Part shown: piece by piece, positions 19,830-28,724 of the stretch | Layout of the letters: every line of letters begins with the position of its first letter | How positions within the stretch are numbered: position 1 is the first letter of the stretch | Assembly: GCA_040218735.1 (NCBI GenBank) | Contig: JAVJQW010000023.1 | Location: 192,001-256,000 of the forward strand | Length of the DNA stretch: 64,000 nucleotides | Source: Deltaproteobacteria bacterium | GTDB taxonomy: Bacteria > Myxococcota > Kuafuiibacteriia > Kuafuiibacteriales > Kuafuiibacteriaceae | Direction: 5' to 3' | Position numbers and translations under genes: made by a program | Notes under the pieces: generated by a model | Told to the model about the DNA's origin: nothing | Databases searched by the model: none | The model's input: only the letters and a program-made list of their open reading frames with translations

Positions 19830-20861
19830 TCAGCCTTCGAGGACTTTGATCGGCGCGCCGTCTTCGAGGGAGTGTTGGCCCTTCACGACGACCTTCTCCC
19901 CGGCGGCGACGCCCTTCTTCGCTTCGATGACGTCGTCTTCTTCGAAGCCGATCTCCAGCACGCGACGTTCGACGGCGTCGCCCTTCGCGACGTAGACGAC
20001 GCGGTCCTGGCGTTCCTCGACGATGGCGATGCGCGGCACGAGCGTGGCGGTGTCGCGGCGTTCGGTGACGATGCGAACTTCGGCGAAGTCACCGGCGCGG
20101 GTCCCTTCGGGATATTCGGGGATCTCGATGGAGACCTTCACGGTGCCACTCGTGGGATCGATGACGGGGCTGACGAGGAAGATCTTTCCGATGAGCTCGG
20201 TCTTGTCGCTGTCGACGACGAGCTTCACGGCTTGGCCTTGTTTCAACCGCTTGAGCTCCTTCGCGGGGACGTAGACACGCGCGATGAGCGGCGTGAGATC
20301 GACGATGTCGAACAGCGGCGTTCCGTTGCTGACGGTGCGCCCGACGTCGACGGCGCGTGAGGTGAGTCGTCCGGCGAACGGGGCGCGCACGGTGGTGCGG
20401 GAGAGCTCGAGCCGCGCGATGTCTTCGGCGGCTTTGGCGGCGGCGAGTTGTTGTTTCGTGGTCGCGAGCTCCTCGGCGGGGGCGAGGTCCTTGGCGACGA
20501 GTTTCTGCAGGAGTTTGACTTGGTCGGCGAGGCGTTGGGTCTCGGCTTCGGCTTGCGCGACCTTCAGCCGGTACTCGTCGTTGTCGATGCGGAGGAGGAC
20601 GGCGTTCTCTTTCACGAGGTCGCCTTCTTCGTGCTGGATGCGCTCCACGAGTCCGGCGACGCGCGCGAGCACACTCGCGGTCTTCTGCGGCTCGAGCGTC
20701 GCGGTCGCGACGTAGTACGCGGATATCGGCCCGGTCTTCACTTCGGAGAGCGCGACGGGCGCGGGGGGCCGCTTGGGTTTGTCGCCCTTCGGGGCGTCCT
20801 TGGCGGACACGGAGTCACACGCGAGCACCGCGAACGCGGCGATGAGGAGGAGGGGGCGCAT
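19830..20861 (-). CDS. RND periplasmic adaptor (membrane fusion protein), lipoprotein
   Basis: Start MRPLLLIAAFAVLAC; lipoyl half-motifs, coiled coil, VRAPFAG, SPVIDPTSGT and GEKVVVKG. Confidence 0.92.
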   Translation of the reverse strand: MRPLLLIAAFAVLACDSVSAKDAPKGDKPKRPPAPVALSEVKTGPISAYYVATATLEPQKTASVLARVAGLVERIQHEEGDLVKENAVLLRIDNDEYRLKVAQAEAETQRLADQVKLLQKLVAKDLAPAEELATTKQQLAAAKAAEDIARLELSRTTVRAPFAGRLTSRAVDVGRTVSNGTPLFDIVDLTPLIARVYVPAKELKRLKQGQAVKLVVDSDKTELIGKIFLVSPVIDPTSGTVKVSIEIPEYPEGTRAGDFAEVRIVTERRDTATLVPRIAIVEERQDRVVYVAKGDAVERRVLEIGFEEDDVIEAKKGVAAGEKVVVKGQHSLEDGAPIKVLEG

Positions 20862-21188
20862 GGGCGGGGGCATGATGCCCGATCGGCGCGAGGGTGCCCA
20901 TGCATTCGTGGGGCGACAAAGTGCAGTGGATTCGCTGCGGTACATGGGTTCGGAGCGTGAAACGCGGCGTGCGGGCGAGATGTTCCGGTGGGCGTCGATG
21001 ACGCAATGCGTACCGCGCGGTCTCGGTCCGGGGCGGGGGCTCGCGCGGGGAGCCCGTCGGCGGGTCGTTGGTCGCGGAGACGCGCGCCGCGCGCAGCGCG
21101 TCTTTCGCGGCGACGTGAGATCGGTCGCCACGACCACATAGTCACTCGCGCTCGCGCTCGCGACAGCGCCGGCGAAAGGACGATCCTC

Positions 21189-22442
21189 ATGCAACGACTC
21201 CTTCGCGCGATCCTCGCGTTCATGATCCTCGGCGCGTCGGCGCGGGTGTACGCGTACGATCTCTACAACGAGGCCAACTGCAACCCGGGGCGAAAGTGGG
21301 GGACCGTCAACACCGTGAAGGTGCGGTTCCTCCAGGACAGCTTCACCGACTACATGTCGGACCGCGGCGTCTCGATCTCCTCGGCGGAGTACTGGGCGGC
21401 GTACTGGCCGATGATGGACGACATCTACGCGGTCATCGACGAGTACAACGCGATCACCGGCATCTCGTTGGAGTTGGAGTACGCGGGGTTGATCACGGGC
21501 GACGACAACCTCGATCCGTTCTCGACAGACGACTTCCAGAACCACTCGATCATCATCGGCTTCAGCGACGGCCCGAACACGAGCAACCTCGCGTGGTCGG
21601 TGCCGCATCCGGACGACGTCTGCACGAACACCGAGGCGCACGTTGCGTTCAAGAAGACATACACCTGGGTCTTCGGGCCGCCGGCGACGACGGACGTCGA
21701 TGGGAAGTACTTCGACGGGGGCTACTCGTTCCGGAGCGTCCTGCTGCACGAGGTCGGGCACGCGGTGGGTTTGGCGCACCCACCGGATGAGTACGCGGTC
21801 ATGGCGAACGGCACGAAGGCGTGGACGCGTGGCCCGGGTGAAGGGCCTCAGGTCGAGCTGCTGCCGGATGACTTGCGCGGCCTCGTCGCGTTGTACGGCA
21901 ACGGCGGTGCGCGCAACTTCGACGTCTCCGTCACGAACACGTGGTTCCTCCCGCTCGGGCACCCGGACAACAACGCGAACGACGCGCTGCAGATCCAGAA
22001 CTGCAAGGTCTCGGCACGCGCGAGCGCGTACGCGCCGCATGAAGACGAAGAGGTCTCCTGCGGCGTGGGGGCGACGAACGACGTCTGCCCAGGTGCGTAC
22101 GTGCAGCTTCGCTACACGATCAACAATAAGTCGACGGAGACGCTCGACATGGTGGAGCAGGTCTGGTTCTCGCTCGACGACGACCTGGAGGTGAACGGCG
22201 CCGCGATGGACGCGAAGTCACCGGACGAGCGCAACTCCACGGTCAACGCAGAGTCGAGCGCCACCATGGGCCGAGTCTTCCGCGTCCCCGCGGGCACGCC
22301 GAACGGTCAGTACCGCGTGTTCGCGCGGGTAGTTCCGTACAGCACGACGGGCGTGAGCCGATGGCCCGACGACGAGGACAAGTGGAACAACAGCATCCTG
22401 GTGCGGAGCTTCATCGACGTGGACACCAACGCATGCCCGTAG
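21189..22442 (+). CDS. Secreted metzincin (matrixin-like) metalloprotease with C-terminal Ig/CARDB-like domain
   Basis: Signal peptide; HEVGHAVGLAH zinc motif and Met-turn (AVMA). Confidence 0.85.
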   Translation: MQRLLRAILAFMILGASARVYAYDLYNEANCNPGRKWGTVNTVKVRFLQDSFTDYMSDRGVSISSAEYWAAYWPMMDDIYAVIDEYNAITGISLELEYAGLITGDDNLDPFSTDDFQNHSIIIGFSDGPNTSNLAWSVPHPDDVCTNTEAHVAFKKTYTWVFGPPATTDVDGKYFDGGYSFRSVLLHEVGHAVGLAHPPDEYAVMANGTKAWTRGPGEGPQVELLPDDLRGLVALYGNGGARNFDVSVTNTWFLPLGHPDNNANDALQIQNCKVSARASAYAPHEDEEVSCGVGATNDVCPGAYVQLRYTINNKSTETLDMVEQVWFSLDDDLEVNGAAMDAKSPDERNSTVNAESSATMGRVFRVPAGTPNGQYRVFARVVPYSTTGVSRWPDDEDKWNNSILVRSFIDVDTNACP

Positions 22443-22463
22443 GGTTCGCGGGCTTCAGCCGCC

Positions 22464-22560
22464 TCAAGTTGCTTGGGACCCGTAGTAGCGCCGAATCGCG
22501 TCTTCGACGTCCTGCTTCGATGCGATGAGGACTTCGATGTTGTAGCCGGTGTGGCTCCGA
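22464..22560 (-). pseudogene. Fragment resembling the end of a GspE/PilB N-terminal (T2SSE_N) domain
   Basis: HTGYNIEVLIASKQDVEDAIRRYYG resembles the PilB-type TGYNIEPVVAS...AIxRYY segment; the upstream part is missing. Confidence 0.45.
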
Positions 22561-22572
22561 AGCGAATTCTGT

Positions 22573-23028
22573 CTAGCGAACGCTGGATGGTTGGAGTGCG
22601 TCGTCGAGCACCTCCAGGGCGGCGGGCCAGTTGTCCTCGTGTGCTTTGCACGCGGCCTCCGTGCTGAAACCCGAGTGGTGGAGTCTGAGGAGCGTGCCGT
22701 CCCCTCGGGGCTCGAGCTCGACCTCGATGACCGTCTCGTCGCCATAGGTTCCAGGTGCACCCGTCAGCCAAGTCATCTTGACGCGGCGGTCCTTCTCGAG
22801 CTCGAGGAAGCGTCCGTAGTGGGCGTGCCGCCCCCAGTCGTGTCGATTGTAGAAGAAGAACAGGCTCCCTACTTCGGGGGTCATGATCAACTCACCGGGT
22901 TGGGCGAACCACTTATCGAATCTACGGGTCCATGCGTCGTAAATGAGTGTGGCGGCGGTCTTCATCTCGCGCTCTACGGTCATGGAGAAGGGACGTGATG
23001 AGAGATCGGGGACGAAGGGTTCGAACAT
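22573..23028 (-). CDS. SRPBCC/AHSA1-domain protein
   Basis: MTVEREM...IYDAWT, GRFLELEKDRRVKMTW, GTLLRLHHSGF and HEDNW motifs. Confidence 0.85.
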   Translation of the reverse strand: MFEPFVPDLSSRPFSMTVEREMKTAATLIYDAWTRRFDKWFAQPGELIMTPEVGSLFFFYNRHDWGRHAHYGRFLELEKDRRVKMTWLTGAPGTYGDETVIEVELEPRGDGTLLRLHHSGFSTEAACKAHEDNWPAALEVLDDALQPSSVR

Positions 23029-23047
23029 ACTCACCTCGGATTCTTGG

Positions 23048-23578
23048 CTAGCTCCCGATTCGGAGATAGACCGCGGCCGCGCGGCTGCCGGCGATGACCC
23101 GCTCTCCGGCGTTGTCGTACTCACTCCGCGCTCCGCAGTAGACGTAGATCTTGGAGTCCGCGATGTAGGCCGAAGAGGGGCGACAGACCGAGCTGTTGAT
23201 CGGTCCCAAGCACGTGGCGCCCGCGGGGCATTCGCCGCCTGCCGGGAGCGTATTGTCCGGGTCCCCGATTCCGCCGCAGATGAAGGTCGACAGCACCGGC
23301 GCGTCGGACGGCTGAAGCCCGGGCACGTTGAACTCAGCGTAGCGCTGGATGGAGACCTGGTTCGTCGCTGCGTATCGGGTCGACTGCTCGACCGAGCAAT
23401 CTCCCAGCATGGCGCCCGAGCCCGACTGCGCCCCTGCGTCGTTGGCACCCGCGTCCGCGAGGAACGCGCCGGCGTCCATGAGCGCCTCGCCGATCGATCG
23501 GGAGCCGCACCCAGCTCCGACCGAGAGGCCCAGGGAGGACAACAGGACGGCGAGGATCTGCAGAGGCTTGCGAGGCAT
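23048..23578 (-). CDS. Hypothetical Cys-containing lipoprotein
   Basis: Lipobox GAGC, DAG repeats. Confidence 0.6.
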   Translation of the reverse strand: MPRKPLQILAVLLSSLGLSVGAGCGSRSIGEALMDAGAFLADAGANDAGAQSGSGAMLGDCSVEQSTRYAATNQVSIQRYAEFNVPGLQPSDAPVLSTFICGGIGDPDNTLPAGGECPAGATCLGPINSSVCRPSSAYIADSKIYVYCGARSEYDNAGERVIAGSRAAAVYLRIGS

Positions 23579-23633
23579 GGCGAGGATTCAACCACGGAAC
23601 GATCGCCGCCGGTAAGCGAGTCGCTCCGCGCGC

Positions 23634-24140
23634 TCATGCGCAGACGCTTCGAATCTCGTGCTCGATGGCCCGAGCGGCCTCCTTCGCGTCGGTGTCGTTG
23701 GAAACGAAGCGCCCGAAGTCCTTCGTGCGCTGCTCCGCGAGCTCTTTCCATGCGCGTCGAACGTCGTCCGAGGAGGTCTGTCGGCCTCTCTGCTTCGCGC
23801 GCTCTATTGCGACGTCCAGCGGCGTCCAGACGACGAACACCGACAGCTCTGTTTCCGCGTGTATTTGGGAAGTGAATCGCGCGATGTCCGTGGGGTTGCG
23901 GAACACGTAGTCGACGAGCACGAGCTCCGCGCCCATCTCTAGGTATGCGCGCGAGAGCGCTCCTGCAGCGCGATACGTAGATCCTCCTCCGAGGACGGCG
24001 CGGGCATCGGCCGGAGCGAAACGACGAACTGCGTCGCCATCGATGTACACGGCCTCGGGAAAGGCCTCCCGGAGTCGTTGGCAGATGGTGGTCTTCCCGG
24101 CGCCTGGCGGCCCGGTGATTATCGCAATCTTACCGACCAT
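23634..24140 (-). CDS. P-loop (AAA_33-like) small-molecule/nucleotide kinase
   Basis: Walker A GPPGAGKTT, YIDGD and lid motif RAKQRGR. Confidence 0.8.
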   Translation of the reverse strand: MVGKIAIITGPPGAGKTTICQRLREAFPEAVYIDGDAVRRFAPADARAVLGGGSTYRAAGALSRAYLEMGAELVLVDYVFRNPTDIARFTSQIHAETELSVFVVWTPLDVAIERAKQRGRQTSSDDVRRAWKELAEQRTKDFGRFVSNDTDAKEAARAIEHEIRSVCA

Positions 24141-24145
24141 GGCAC

Positions 24146-24216
24146 TCCAGACCCCAGCGAGCAGATCCTACCTCAGGCCGCGGTTCGGCCATCGGTTCTA
24201 CGTGGTGCTGTGGGAC
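24146..24216 (-). repeat. Highly degenerate attC remnant
   Basis: Minus strand GTCCCAC (one mismatch from the GTCCAAC expected for a cassette starting GTTGGAC) ... GTCTGGA. Confidence 0.3.
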
Positions 24217-24242
24217 AGGCGGCGTCGGCTCCATGGTCGCGG

Positions 24243-24830
24243 TTACGATCGCTGAAGCGCGCCGCATACGACGAAGTAGATGCGTCGCTCATCGTCGACG
24301 ATCCTCAGCGCGAGCGCCTTCGCGGTCATCTCGCAGCGCGTCGCGAGGTACGCGCGCTCGGTGTCGTTCGCGAGGCGGATGCTCTTTCCATCCCACCGCG
24401 CCGGGCACTCGACGTAGACGACGTCTTTGCAGAGCAGCTCGAACGTCGCGCCGGAGAAGAAGCCATCGTCGTCACCCTGGAGGACGAGGTCGGCATCTCG
24501 CCCCACCCACCGGAAGTCCATGGACTGTGGAAGCGTGTCGAGCATCGCGCGCGCGTCGTTCTCGAGCGCGGGGTCGAGCCCTGGCACGTTGGAATCCACC
24601 TCCCCGCGGGGAACGAAGCGCGGATCGTCGGGCCACACCCGTACAACGGCATAAGCGTCCGCCTCACGAGCGAGCTCCACCTCAACCAGCTCCCCCACTC
24701 TGAAGTCGTCGACCAAGGCGGCAGCCGCGTCGAAACGAAGGCTCGTCGCGCGCGGCGATGAGATCGTCCCGACCCCAAGTTCTCGATCCCACGACTCAAT
24801 GACCCAACCCACAATTGCTCCTTGTGACAT
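24243..24830 (-). CDS. Cassette gene: hypothetical protein with N-terminal cold-shock/OB-fold-like domain
   Basis: VIESWDRELGVGTI...FRVGELVEVEL resembles a CSD/OB fold; lies directly after an attC R' site. Confidence 0.6.
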   Translation of the reverse strand: MSQGAIVGWVIESWDRELGVGTISSPRATSLRFDAAAALVDDFRVGELVEVELAREADAYAVVRVWPDDPRFVPRGEVDSNVPGLDPALENDARAMLDTLPQSMDFRWVGRDADLVLQGDDDGFFSGATFELLCKDVVYVECPARWDGKSIRLANDTERAYLATRCEMTAKALALRIVDDERRIYFVVCGALQRS

Positions 24831-24853
24831 CGTGCAGCACCCTTCGCAGACAT

Positions 24854-24914
24854 GTCCAACACCCGACGTTCAGCGGGGAGGCGATGTATCCGCGACCTTG
24901 AAGAATCGTTGGGG
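24854..24914 (-). repeat. attC site
   Basis: Minus strand: CCCCAAC GATT CTTCAAG ... GCTGAAC GTCGGGT GTTGGAC. Confidence 0.6.
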
Positions 24915-24990
24915 TCCATCAATTCGAATGCGGCTTGGGCGTCACGGCGAGTTGTGCGTCGCGATCAGTGTCCCGCGCGTCTGGGAGCTA

Positions 24991-25098
24991 GCTCAACCGC
25001 CACGGCGGGAGATGGAGTCTTCGAGCTGCGGCCGTACCCGGTACCACGCCACCGCGGCCAACGCGGCCGCTTCGGAGATCCTGGGCGCGTCGTTGGGC
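24991..25098 (-). repeat. Degenerate attC-like element downstream of the AlkB cassette
   Basis: Minus strand GCCCAAC ... GCGGCCG/CGGCCGC stem, GCAGCT, ... GTTGAGC; L'-R' spacing is abnormal. Confidence 0.35.
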
Positions 25099-25130
25099 GG
25101 CCCGCGGCGGACTATGCCGGTCATGGCATC

Positions 25131-25664
25131 TCAGGCCGCTACCAGATGCCGAAACGTAAGGCTGATGCGGGCGCCTGTCCCGGGAGAGGGACGAATCCCA
25201 TGCTGCCAGTCGGTCTGCACGCTCGCCTTCATGGCGAGAAGGGAGCCGGGCGCGAGTTGAATCGGCCACTCCGTGCCTCGGTCAGAACTTCGTCGAAACA
25301 GAAGTGAACGCGGGGCTCCGAGAGAGACGATGCTTGTGCTGGTGCCGGGCACCACTCCTTCCGCCGAGTCGGAGTGAAAGCCCATGCTCGACTCGCCGTC
25401 GTCATAGAGATTCGCAAGGCAGTTGTTGATGGTATGGCCGACGACGCGCTCGATATCGCATATGACCGGCTGGAGCAGTTCTGGAACTTCCGTAGTGGGA
25501 TATGAGTTCCCTGAGTAGTTGTAGGCGCGTCCGAAGGACGCAGTCTTGCGCGCTCGCATGCGGTCGTTCCAGGCGAACGTCCGCATCGCTTCGGCAAAAA
25601 GGGCGGCCGGATCGGCGATGAACGCGGCCACGTACTCGACCTCGAGGTCCTCTGGGAGATTCAT
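25131..25664 (-). CDS. Cassette gene: AlkB-like 2OG-Fe(II) dioxygenase
   Basis: NNCLANLYDDG, MGFHSD (HxD), IVSLGAPR, WQHGI and RISLTFR motifs. Confidence 0.9.
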   Translation of the reverse strand: MNLPEDLEVEYVAAFIADPAALFAEAMRTFAWNDRMRARKTASFGRAYNYSGNSYPTTEVPELLQPVICDIERVVGHTINNCLANLYDDGESSMGFHSDSAEGVVPGTSTSIVSLGAPRSLLFRRSSDRGTEWPIQLAPGSLLAMKASVQTDWQHGIRPSPGTGARISLTFRHLVAA

Positions 25665-25691
25665 GCCGAGCTTCACCTGTGCACCCTGGTC

Positions 25692-25755
25692 CGCCAACGC
25701 TCACAATAAACTAAGGGAGCTAAGCCCCCCTCAGTCTTCATTTGTGCTCTTGGGT
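25692..25755 (-). repeat. attC site (diverged copy of the 61-bp family)
   Basis: Minus strand: ACCCAAG AGCAC AAATGAAGACTGAGGGGGGCTTAGCTCCCTTAGTTTATT GTGAGC GTTGGCG. Confidence 0.7.
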
Positions 25756-25772
25756 GTCCCGCACCAGCTCAG

Positions 25773-26042
25773 TCATGCGGCCAGGAGTGGCGCCAGGTCT
25801 GCCGACTCGACGGGCTTGGCCCCGAGTTTCTCAAGAAGAGTATTCAGTGGAGCGAGCTGCACAGCGGCCGGGTCGAGAATCTCGATACCAATCGGTGATC
25901 CATCCTCGGAGAAGTCGACAACAAGGGAGTCGTCGAAGCGCTCAACACGAGCGCTCCGCACGTCCCTTGCTCTTGGGAGATACAGATAGGCTGCGAATGC
26001 CTTGCCGCGTCGGAATGTAACTTCAAGATAGCAGCGCTTCAT
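25773..26042 (-). CDS. DUF2283-family putative antitoxin
   Basis: AAYLYL...LVVDFSEDGSPIGIEIL motif; directly downstream of the DUF4258 gene. Confidence 0.85.
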   Translation of the reverse strand: MKRCYLEVTFRRGKAFAAYLYLPRARDVRSARVERFDDSLVVDFSEDGSPIGIEILDPAAVQLAPLNTLLEKLGAKPVESADLAPLLAA

Positions 26043-26048
26043 GACTAA

Positions 26049-26321
26049 TCACTCATTGGGAAATGCGGTGACGATGACCAACAGCTCGACGTCCGGATCG
26101 GGTTCGACAATAACGGTCCAGAGTCGCTTGTCGTGGCGCGTGCCAACCGCCCAACGGCCAACGACCTTGTCTTCGTCCAGCTCGTTGGCATCGAACAGCA
26201 TCTTCCTCAGGTCGACCTCCCCGAAGCCGCGGTCCTCCATCCGGCGCTCGACGTGCGGCGTCAGCTCGAGGTCCCAGTCCCACCACCCCGGCCAGTGCTG
26301 CTGTGCCTTGGTCCGCGTCAC
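26049..26321 (-). CDS. DUF4258-family putative toxin (RelE-like)
   Basis: LTPHVERRMEDRGF...WTVIVEPD...VIVTAF motif. Confidence 0.85.
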   Translation of the reverse strand: MTRTKAQQHWPGWWDWDLELTPHVERRMEDRGFGEVDLRKMLFDANELDEDKVVGRWAVGTRHDKRLWTVIVEPDPDVELLVIVTAFPNE

Positions 26322-26443
26322 GCTCCATCACGTACCATACAGCTTGCATTCCCGCCGTCCCGGACGCCAGGGGTCTGTAAGACTCTGAAACCGCAAGCGA
26401 AACAGCGCGGCGCCTGGCCGGGCTCGCCTCTCGGCGCTGGTTC

Positions 26444-26579
26444 ACCCAACGCCCTGGTGTTCAGCTGCGAAGCGCTCGCGCCGGCGGCGTTCGCGCGGGG
26501 CACGGTGCTCGGTGCCAGACCCTCCGGCGTTCGAGCGTAGCACGCGAGTGCTTCGTCAGACTGCAACATCTTGTTGGAC
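26444..26579 (-). repeat. attC site (136 bp)
   Basis: Minus strand: GTCCAAC AAGAT GTTGCAGT CTGACGAAGCACTCGCG ... CGCGAGCGCTTCGC AGCTGAAC ACCAGGGC GTTGGGT. Confidence 0.88.
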
Positions 26580-26596
26580 GGCCACGCACACCTCGC

Positions 26597-28576
26597 TCAC
26601 TCCAAGGTCTGCTTCCGTATGTACTCCGACATCGCTGCCGACATCCCTTCTGGAAGCTCAGAGTCGTCCTCGCTTAGATCGTATTGCGAGCCCGTTACCT
26701 TCGCACGCCATTTACCCTCGCTGTCTACCCCCCAAAGGAACGCCTTCGCGCTCTCGTTGGGCGCCACACCAAGGGACACGCCATGAGTTTCTGACCAATA
26801 CTTCTGGGTACTCCGGCTTACAACCAGGCCTTGAGAGGAGAGCCTGTCTTCGATCAGTCTAGTTGTTTCGGCAATTTCTTGAGATACTTGCGAGAAAATA
26901 TCGGCGGTCGATAGAGTTTCAAGAGACGTCGCTGGCAAGTCCCATGTGAAGACAATGAACCCAGCATGTGTCTCAATCGCCGGCGCAACGTTGAGCACCA
27001 TCGCTGATTCGGCGTCGAGTTCATCAGACATGACTTCTTCGTCGCATGTCCATGCGGCGAGGATCTGAATCTCTCGCGAGGAAGGCCTAATTGGAGATGG
27101 AAGCGTGTCCGGGAAGTGCATTATCTCCGCGGTGGAGTGCGTGATTGCGTCCACTGATGGAAACACGTCATGGGACACAAGCCCCACCATGTGGCGCGCC
27201 TGAGTCGGGTCAACCACCCGAACGTCTTCGAGGGCCTGCAGTGCTTCGTGCACCCTTGCGAGTACTTTGCCTGTGTCGGGAATCAATTCTTCCATTGGAT
27301 TCACCCGAAACGAGCGCGGGATCCGTCCATCAGCCAGGAGCGAGCCATCGAACCATGCGCACAAGTAGGCACTCTCGAATGTCCATGGCCAGCTCCGGTC
27401 CGGGGCTGGCACATCAGAGAAATGCCAGTGTTCGGGGTCCTCCTTGACCAACGCAAAGAGGGACCTGTTCCAGCCGAGCGCGGTCGCCTCCGCTTCGGAT
27501 CGAAGCTGAGCCTGCAGTGTTAGACTCGGCCGTCCCACAATCTGGTAGCTTGCCAGAACATCCAGAGATGGCTCAAACAGGCGTATCGCGCCTCCTTCGC
27601 TAACTCGGGCGTCGCACGTGAAAGTCCAGTCGCCCGGGAGCTCAATGAAGAACTCGGCTTCGTCGACGGCAGGAGCGTTTGTAGACTTGACGAACGAGAC
27701 AGGAGCCTGGTCGATCTGCGTCATCGCGCCGGCGCGTTCTCCTTCAAGTGACGAAATGATTGGTCGGCCAACACGCACCGTTATTCTTGGATATTCGCTG
27801 GCGACCCACTCTGCGACGGACCTGGCCACGCAAGCCATTAGCGTCGGCAACTCGAAAAGGTCAACATCACCAAGAAGAGATAGCTCCGTGCCGAAGATCT
27901 CCGGACCCTCACCTTCCTCTGCTGCGAGCGGCTCTGGGTACCTATACGGCTCGAATCGAGTGGTCGCAAGTGCGCCCGGCGAGAACACAACCGAAAGGCT
28001 CGGGAAGACGGCCTTGATGTCGGCGATCACGCTATCCAGGCTTAACTTGGAGCGCAACATGTAGGGCACGATCGGTAAGTCAGACGTGTGTTCGCGAACT
28101 AGGATCGGGAGGTTGAGGGCATTGCCAACTCGATCAACCGAGACGCCGTCGAACCACACGGATCTAAGGAGGGGATTCTGAAGAACCTGCCGCGCCAATT
28201 GGTCTCCGTCAATGAACCGAAGTTCAAAGTCAGGATAGTCGTTGATGTACTCGCGCTTGGCCTGCGGGGATACTTTCGCGTTTGTCACGAACAGTCCTCG
28301 TGCATAGCCCATTTTCAATAGGGCTAGCGGGAGTTCACCAAGTTCGGCACTTGAACAGGTCGCAGACGCCTTCCTGTGGTGTTTGCACTGGGCCACAACA
28401 TCGCGACCATCGGGGGCGCTCGCGTGGACATCACGTCCACCGTCGCCAGGACCATCAGTGATCGTCACGCGCCTATGGCCGGATATCCAGAGCAAGTCGG
28501 CCGTGAGTCGAACGAGCTTGCTCGGGTCAAGGCTGTAGGTGAATCGCGTGAGATCCGTTTCGCCGGCAAGAGACAT
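26597..28576 (-). CDS. Cassette gene: N-terminal Mrr-like PD-(D/E)xK restriction endonuclease domain plus large unknown C-terminal region
   Basis: TDGPGDGGRDV...VVAQCKH, GLFVTNA and FIDGDQL motifs. Confidence 0.8.
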   Translation of the reverse strand: MSLAGETDLTRFTYSLDPSKLVRLTADLLWISGHRRVTITDGPGDGGRDVHASAPDGRDVVAQCKHHRKASATCSSAELGELPLALLKMGYARGLFVTNAKVSPQAKREYINDYPDFELRFIDGDQLARQVLQNPLLRSVWFDGVSVDRVGNALNLPILVREHTSDLPIVPYMLRSKLSLDSVIADIKAVFPSLSVVFSPGALATTRFEPYRYPEPLAAEEGEGPEIFGTELSLLGDVDLFELPTLMACVARSVAEWVASEYPRITVRVGRPIISSLEGERAGAMTQIDQAPVSFVKSTNAPAVDEAEFFIELPGDWTFTCDARVSEGGAIRLFEPSLDVLASYQIVGRPSLTLQAQLRSEAEATALGWNRSLFALVKEDPEHWHFSDVPAPDRSWPWTFESAYLCAWFDGSLLADGRIPRSFRVNPMEELIPDTGKVLARVHEALQALEDVRVVDPTQARHMVGLVSHDVFPSVDAITHSTAEIMHFPDTLPSPIRPSSREIQILAAWTCDEEVMSDELDAESAMVLNVAPAIETHAGFIVFTWDLPATSLETLSTADIFSQVSQEIAETTRLIEDRLSSQGLVVSRSTQKYWSETHGVSLGVAPNESAKAFLWGVDSEGKWRAKVTGSQYDLSEDDSELPEGMSAAMSEYIRKQTLE

Positions 28577-28650
28577 ACCTTTGCGTCCTCATCAGAGCGC
28601 CGAAGTATCGGGGAGTGTAGCACTCGTTGGCTAAGGCGGCCACCTGGTCC

Positions 28651-28712
28651 GTCCAACGCTCACGTTCAGCTGCGGGGCGAAGCCCCGTCAGACTTGAGTG
28701 TGTTGTTTGGGC
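28651..28712 (-). repeat. attC site
   Basis: Minus strand: GCCCAAAC AACAC ACTCAAGT CTGACGGGGCTTCGCCCCGC AGCTGAAC GTGAGC GTTGGAC. Confidence 0.9.
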
Positions 28713-28724
28713 CGCCTTCCTGGG

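Noticed and set aside
20862-21188. GC-rich ~330-bp intergenic region with hairpins as a possible ncRNA or tRNA
   Set aside because: No cloverleaf or known RNA motif recognisable; hairpins are expected at this GC content.
19830-22040. 736-aa ORF suggesting an N-terminally extended MFP; likewise extended ORFs for GH3, dnaJ, 5173-7818 and 53535-55589
   Set aside because: The extensions overlap genuine neighbouring genes; signal peptides or domain starts mark internal start codons.
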